Source: Anaerolineales bacterium (lineage in GTDB: Bacteria > Chloroflexota > Anaerolineae > Anaerolineales > UBA11858). Taken from it: DNA of 64,000 bases. Both the position numbers and the translations under genes were made by a program. How positions within the stretch are numbered: position 1 is the stretch's first letter; each line of letters starts with the position of its first letter. The notes beneath the pieces were generated by a model. The model was not told where the DNA came from, did no database searches, and saw only the letters and a list, made by a program, of their open reading frames with translations. Below, one piece after another: positions 59,582 through 64,000 of this stretch. The stretch covers positions 1,848 through 65,847 of the forward strand of contig JAWODY010000036.1 of NCBI GenBank assembly GCA_046483045.1. Reading direction: 5' to 3'.

Positions 59582-60874
59582 ATGAAAAAACAAGCCAACC
59601 CTCATCCCTTTGGCTTCGCGACCCGGCAGATCCACGCCGGGTACCAGCCCGACCCCACCACGGGCTCCAGCGCCGTCCCCATCTACCAGACCACTTCCTA
59701 TGCTTTCAAAAGCACGGAACACGCCGCGGGCCTGTTCTCTCACGAGGAGGAGGGGAATATTTACACCCGGATCATGAACCCCACGACGGATGTCCTGGAA
59801 CGGCGCCTGGCGGACCTGGAAGGGGGATCAGGAGCACTGGCCGCCAGCTCGGGGCATGCCGCCCAGGTCATGGCAGTCCTCACCCTGTGCAATGCCGGGG
59901 ACCACATCGTGGCAGCCTCCACGCTTTATGGAGGGACCATCAGCCAGCTGGCTTACACATTCCCCCGCCTGGAGATCGAAACCACCTTTGTCGACCCTGA
60001 CCATCCGGAGGACTTTCGGTGCGCCATTCAGCCCAACACAAAATTGATCTGGGGGGAAATCCTGGGCAACCCCAGCATCAATGTTTTCCCCCTGGAAGAG
60101 GTGTCAGACATCGCCCGGGAGCACGGCTTGCCCCTAGTGGTGGATAACACCTTCGCCACTCCCTACCTGTGCCGCCCCCTGGAATGGGGAGCGAACATCG
60201 TGGTCCACTCCACGACCAAGTTCATTAGCGGACACGGCACCACCATCGGCGGCATAGTCATCGACGGCGGGAATTTCGACTGGGCCGGAAGCCGCCGCTT
60301 CCCCGATTTCACCACCCCGGACCCGGGCAACCAGGGGCTGGTGTATGCCGAGGAGGGTGAGGAAGCCTTCATCACCAAGGCCCGGTCCCAGATCCTGCGC
60401 GACCTGGGCGCTTCCCAGGCTCCTTTCAATTCCTGGCTGACCATCCAGGGACTGCAAACTCTCAGCGTGCGCATGGACCGCCACGTTGAGAACACCCAGA
60501 TGTTAGCTGAATTTTTAGAGGGCCACCCCGGTGTGGAGTGGGTGTCCTATCCAGGATTGAAAAACCATCCTGATCACGAGAAGGCCCGGAAGTATTTGCC
60601 CCAGGGACCGGGAGGGATTCTGGGGTTCGGAATTGCCGGCGGCAGGGAGGCGGGAGAGCGGTTCATCAACAGCCTACAGCTCATCACCCACCTGGCCAAT
60701 GTGGGGGACACGCGCAGCCTGGCCATCCACCCCGCCAGCACCACCCACAGCCAGCTCTCGCCGCAGCAGCTGGCGGACGCCGGCGTATCTCCCAACTACA
60801 TCCGCCTCAGCATCGGCCTGGAGGACATCGACGACCTGCTCTGGGACCTGGAGCAGGTCCTAGGAAGTACATGA
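59582..60874 (+). CDS. metY: O-acetylhomoserine/O-acetylserine sulfhydrylase
   Basis: VPIYQTTSY, IYTRIMNPT, DNTFATPY, HSTTKF.SGHG, HLANVGD.RSL.IHPASTTH. Confidence 0.92.
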   Translation: MKKQANPHPFGFATRQIHAGYQPDPTTGSSAVPIYQTTSYAFKSTEHAAGLFSHEEEGNIYTRIMNPTTDVLERRLADLEGGSGALAASSGHAAQVMAVLTLCNAGDHIVAASTLYGGTISQLAYTFPRLEIETTFVDPDHPEDFRCAIQPNTKLIWGEILGNPSINVFPLEEVSDIAREHGLPLVVDNTFATPYLCRPLEWGANIVVHSTTKFISGHGTTIGGIVIDGGNFDWAGSRRFPDFTTPDPGNQGLVYAEEGEEAFITKARSQILRDLGASQAPFNSWLTIQGLQTLSVRMDRHVENTQMLAEFLEGHPGVEWVSYPGLKNHPDHEKARKYLPQGPGGILGFGIAGGREAGERFINSLQLITHLANVGDTRSLAIHPASTTHSQLSPQQLADAGVSPNYIRLSIGLEDIDDLLWDLEQVLGST

Positions 60875-60951
60875 AATAAGAAAACCAAGGAAAGCAAGTA
60901 CTGGTTATTTGACAGGGGTTTAAATAATAGATGTTGAGTTTCAAATAAACC

Positions 60952-61969
60952 TTACCACCCCTTCTTGGCAAATTGGAGAGGAAATTCTCTCTCCGCTACC
61001 AAGCGAAGATCATCATCATTGGGCTCCACATAAATATTTAGATGTTCATGATAGACATCAAGTTTGGCCAGTACATAGGTGTTGATAAGTGATTTGTCTA
61101 GCTCTACAAGCTCTTTAAAAATCCGGACTGCGGGAATCGTTCTTCCTTCGTCGTCGTGTTCTTGCACCAAACGGATGAGGTAGATGAGCATGCCATCTTC
61201 AGGTTGAAAGGGATTCAGAAAGATATCCTGCCAAGCAAAGTCCTGGTGCAATGTCTCGCCAGGTAACTCCTCCGGTGGGTTACGGTGTACAGCCGCTGGC
61301 TAGTGGTATAGCGCCGATAGGCTTCTTCAAACTCGGATACGGTCTCGTCGACTTCTTCCACATCTTGGAAGTCGAAACGGTTCCACACCTTACGAGCAAA
61401 GACACTGTGGATTACTTCCACGGAACCATTCATCTAGGGCTTTTACGGTGTACAGCCAGCTAGTTGGGAGCAATGAGAAGAGGTGTGGCACCCACCTGGA
61501 GGAAGTACTGGATGCAAGGAGAAATGACCCTGGGGCTCCTGCTGGAAGCGGTAAGCCCAAAACCATTGTCTCTGCTGAGCACATCGGGGAGAGGATAGGC
61601 CTTGAGGTGCAAAGCCCGTAGGCTTAGTCCTCTGCAAAGGTGTCTAAAATGGTCTCTGAGCCCTCATCAGGCACCCGTTTGATGAGCCTGAGTGTAAAAG
61701 GATCTTTGTATACGCGGGTAAATAAAATGCAAAGGAGCGCTTCTCCCCTGAATATACTTCTTCCCAAGGAAATCAATCTCTTCCTGGATCTCCCCCAGGG
61801 TAGAGATTGTTTCTATCGGATAGTCCTGTTCTTTGACCGCTTTCAGTGTTCCTCTTCTGCTCATGGGAAAATGTCTGGATATGACACGGGTAACAAAACT
61901 TCGACTCAAATTAGGATCTTCGGGATACCGTTTGTTATATTCATCAAGGATTGTATCAGGACCATAGAA
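60952..61969 (-). pseudogene. Degenerate DDE (rve-core, IS481-like) transposase
   Basis: Fragments across several frames: FYGPDTILDEY..YP..SRSFVTRVI, EEIDFLGKKYIQG..PLHF, LRLIKRVP, LPDVLSRDNG, FLQVGATPLLIAP, MNGSVEVIHSVF..KVW. Several stops and frameshifts. Confidence 0.75.
61280..61457 (+). repeat. 15-bp direct repeat ttacggtgtacagcc inside the transposase remnant
   Basis: Copies at 61280-61294 and 61443-61457. Confidence 0.8.
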
Positions 61970-61970
61970 T

Positions 61971-62223
61971 CAAAAGAGGGCCTTTCCCCGCAGCTTGCTG
62001 CGCAAAATAAAAGGTAAGATGAAGCGATGAGTAAGCTGGTAAGAAAGAGCCATAAAGTATCGGTGTTGGTTTATCATTACGTTTGTCCTACAAGGTATCG
62101 ATATGTGCAGGAACACGGAATACAAGAAGAGTACCAGAAACCACATGGACAGCAACTCAAGTTATTTGGATAAGTCAATGTGGTCTACTGGATACCCCGC
62201 AGCAAGCTGCGGGGAGGGTTCAT
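61971..62223 (+). mobile_element. Internally deleted IS200/IS605-family element (PATE/MITE-like) with both hairpin ends
   Basis: Left hairpin CCCCGCAGCTTGCTGCG (about 61986-62002); right hairpin CCCCGCAGCAAGCTGCGGGG (about 62195-62214) ending in TTCAT at 62223; tnpA remnant between them. Exact left end uncertain. Confidence 0.85.
62027..62173 (+). pseudogene. tnpA: IS200 TnpA (Y1) remnant, N- and C-termini fused in frame (48 aa)
   Basis: MSKLVRKSHKVSVLVYHYVCPTRYR|YVQEHGIQEEYQKPHGQQLKLFG*. The HUH-containing middle is missing. Confidence 0.85.
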
Positions 62224-62462
62224 TACCATTTATTCACTGCCAGCCCCGGATAAGACTCGAAATCCGGCGGATGGTGTTAAGGCCGGATACCTCAGGGCGC
62301 CTAACCAATAACACTGAATAGGGAGCTATCTCCGCCACAGAACCCGCTGGAGTGAAACAGGGAAGATCAGGGAGACCTATTTCTGTACGTTATGAAGTAC
62401 GTCGTGTTGTAAAAAAGCAGGCTGGGTCCCCCTTCCCCGGGTGACCCAGCGCCATGTCCAGG

Positions 62463-62960
62463 TTATTCTTCTTCTGTCCCAGCGGCCAGGTTTTTACTGC
62501 GCTCGATGGATTGCAAGGCGAGGTAATTATCACCGAACTTGCCCAAGTTCTCCATTTCGACATCGAACTGGTCGAAGTGGCGCTCCTCATCCGCGACCAG
62601 ACCTTCGAAGACCTTCCGCGAACCAGCGTCGTTATTGGAAGCGCATTCGTTAGCCCATTTGTTGTAATCAGCGACGCTCTCTTCCTCCATCCCCCGCGCT
62701 TTTTTCAGCATCGCTTCAGGGTCCTGGATGGTTTCCACATCCATCGAGGCTTCCATGACCACATCCCCTCCCAGGAAAAGCACCCGCTCTGCACAGCGCT
62801 CGATATGGTTCATTTCCTCGATGGCGGTCTTCATGAATAAGCCAGCCAGCAGTTCGTACCCCTGATCCTCCGCATGAAAATGAAAATACATATACTGATG
62901 AACCGCGGACATTTCATCGGCTACTGCCTTATTTAACAATTCAATACTCTTTTCATGCAT
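62463..62960 (-). CDS. bfr: Bacterioferritin
   Basis: ADEMSAVHQY, IEEMNH.ERCAERVLFLGG, EEESVADY, DEERH ferroxidase pattern. Confidence 0.88.
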   Translation of the reverse strand: MHEKSIELLNKAVADEMSAVHQYMYFHFHAEDQGYELLAGLFMKTAIEEMNHIERCAERVLFLGGDVVMEASMDVETIQDPEAMLKKARGMEEESVADYNKWANECASNNDAGSRKVFEGLVADEERHFDQFDVEMENLGKFGDNYLALQSIERSKNLAAGTEEE

Positions 62961-63038
62961 ATTGTTTTCCTCCTAATGTGTGTAGAGAATAACCTAACTT
63001 CCATTATATCCAAAGAAACTCACTTGGTGGATGGATTT

Positions 63039-63734
63039 TCACTCTCCCATCGCGAAATCCACTGCGGCTGCAGCGTGGAGGACAGTGGTGTCAAAGGAAG
63101 GAACAACGACATCTTCCTCCTGGACCAGCATTCCGATCTCAGTGCATCCCAAAATGATGCCCTCCGCTCCTTCTGTAACGAGTTCGTTAATGATTTCTAT
63201 GTAGGCTTGTTTGGAAAGAGATAATCTGTTCCCCTTCACCAATTCATCAAAAATCACCCGATCCACGATCTCCCTGCCCTTTTCACCAGGAACCAAAACC
63301 TGCAAACCGTATTTCTCCTTCAAGCGTTTGCGGTAGAAGTCCTCCTCCATTACAAAACGCGTGCCCAGCAATCCCACTTTGTGGATCCCCTCTTCTCTCA
63401 CTGCCTGGGCAGTGGCATCGGCAATATGCAAGAGGGGAATGGCGATCGCCGCTTCCACTTCCTCCGCCATGCGGTGCATGGTATTGGCGCAGATTACAAT
63501 GAAATCAGCATTTGCTTTTTGGAGATAGATAGCGGCGTTGATCATCTTCCTTGTGGCTTCATCCCAATCCCCCTGCCGCTGCAGCTCCTCGATCTCCGCG
63601 AAATCAAAGGAATACATCACGCTCTTGGCGGAGTGATGTCCCCCTAACCTCTGGCGCACCAGTTGATTGATAATCCGGTAATATTTTATGGAAGATTCCC
63701 AGCTAATCCCGCCGATCAATCCTATGTTTTTCAT
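63039..63734 (-). CDS. Aspartate/glutamate racemase family (YgeA/RacX-like)
   Basis: IGLIGGISWESS..YY, ICANTMH, LLHIADAT, GLLGTRF.ME, ILGCTEI. Confidence 0.92.
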   Translation of the reverse strand: MKNIGLIGGISWESSIKYYRIINQLVRQRLGGHHSAKSVMYSFDFAEIEELQRQGDWDEATRKMINAAIYLQKANADFIVICANTMHRMAEEVEAAIAIPLLHIADATAQAVREEGIHKVGLLGTRFVMEEDFYRKRLKEKYGLQVLVPGEKGREIVDRVIFDELVKGNRLSLSKQAYIEIINELVTEGAEGIILGCTEIGMLVQEEDVVVPSFDTTVLHAAAAVDFAMGE

Positions 63735-63863
63735 GTGCATCGCTCCTTTTCATGCAGTTTCGTATGTTTATTATACTTCGGCACCTCGCGTTATTTACAC
63801 TGTCACGTTTTGCGTCGAAATTCAGAAATAACGCCCCCCTGCAAAGGAATATCTACCATGGCT

Positions 63864-64000
63864 TTATTGACATAGGCACCCTGATTCCACTTCTTTGCCC
63901 TTTTCAAATGCTAGAGGATAGGGTGTTGTGACGGATAAAACCCGGAATTCATCCGGGTTCTCTTCTTTCCCTTTATAGCAGCTTGTCAGGTAGACTTCAG
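63864..64000 (-). CDS. 3' end of an unidentified CDS entering from the right edge
   Basis: Open frame ...EVYLTSCYKGKEENPDEFRVLSVTTPYPLAFEKGKEVESGCLCQ*. Too short to identify. Confidence 0.35.
   Translation of the reverse strand, partial: EVYLTSCYKGKEENPDEFRVLSVTTPYPLAFEKGKEVESGCLCQ

Noticed and set aside
62340-62415. Possible additional IS end (CAGGGAAGAT..., TGTACGTTATGAAGT)
   Set aside because: No partner inverted repeat or associated transposase; resemblance is from memory only.
63939-63959. Hairpin AACCCGGA-attca-TCCGGGTT as a terminator
   Set aside because: It lies inside a probable coding frame (ENPDEFRV) and has no clean U tract.

Overview
Bacterial chromosome segment, most likely Chloroflexota of the Anaerolineae type. 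This is inferred from the fused glyQS, T-box leaders, NBR1-Ig and Pro/Thr-rich lipoproteins, tandem LysM domains and an F420-type LLM enzyme. Most of the window is housekeeping: mutS2, glyQS-dnaG-rpoD, pepF, rdgB, tRNA-Val(GAC), T-box-thrS-infC-rplT, glpD, T-box-trpB, metY and bfr. Accessory parts are: (i) a compact six-gene operon (9270-17975) encoding a Zn-less ThiF-family adenylyltransferase, a motif-divergent acyl-AMP ligase, a GPH-MFS carrier, a FtsX-type ABC exporter and a membrane-fusion protein fused to two LysM domains, which is the best candidate for an undescribed biosynthesis/export system; (ii) a stress/redox cluster after tRNA-Val; (iii) an orphan protein with a Pol-beta nucleotidyltransferase signature; (iv) an orphan CcrM/M.HinfI-like methyltransferase; (v) a nest of decayed IS elements, including an internally deleted IS200 with both hairpin ends. 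Other oddities are the absence of rpmI between infC and rplT, a Trp T-box with a terminator-like hairpin inside it, a stand-alone trpB, a switch-like glyQS leader, two 1-bp-deletion frameshifts, and a serpin lipoprotein missed by the ORF track. All family calls come from motif recognition by eye; no database searches were run.
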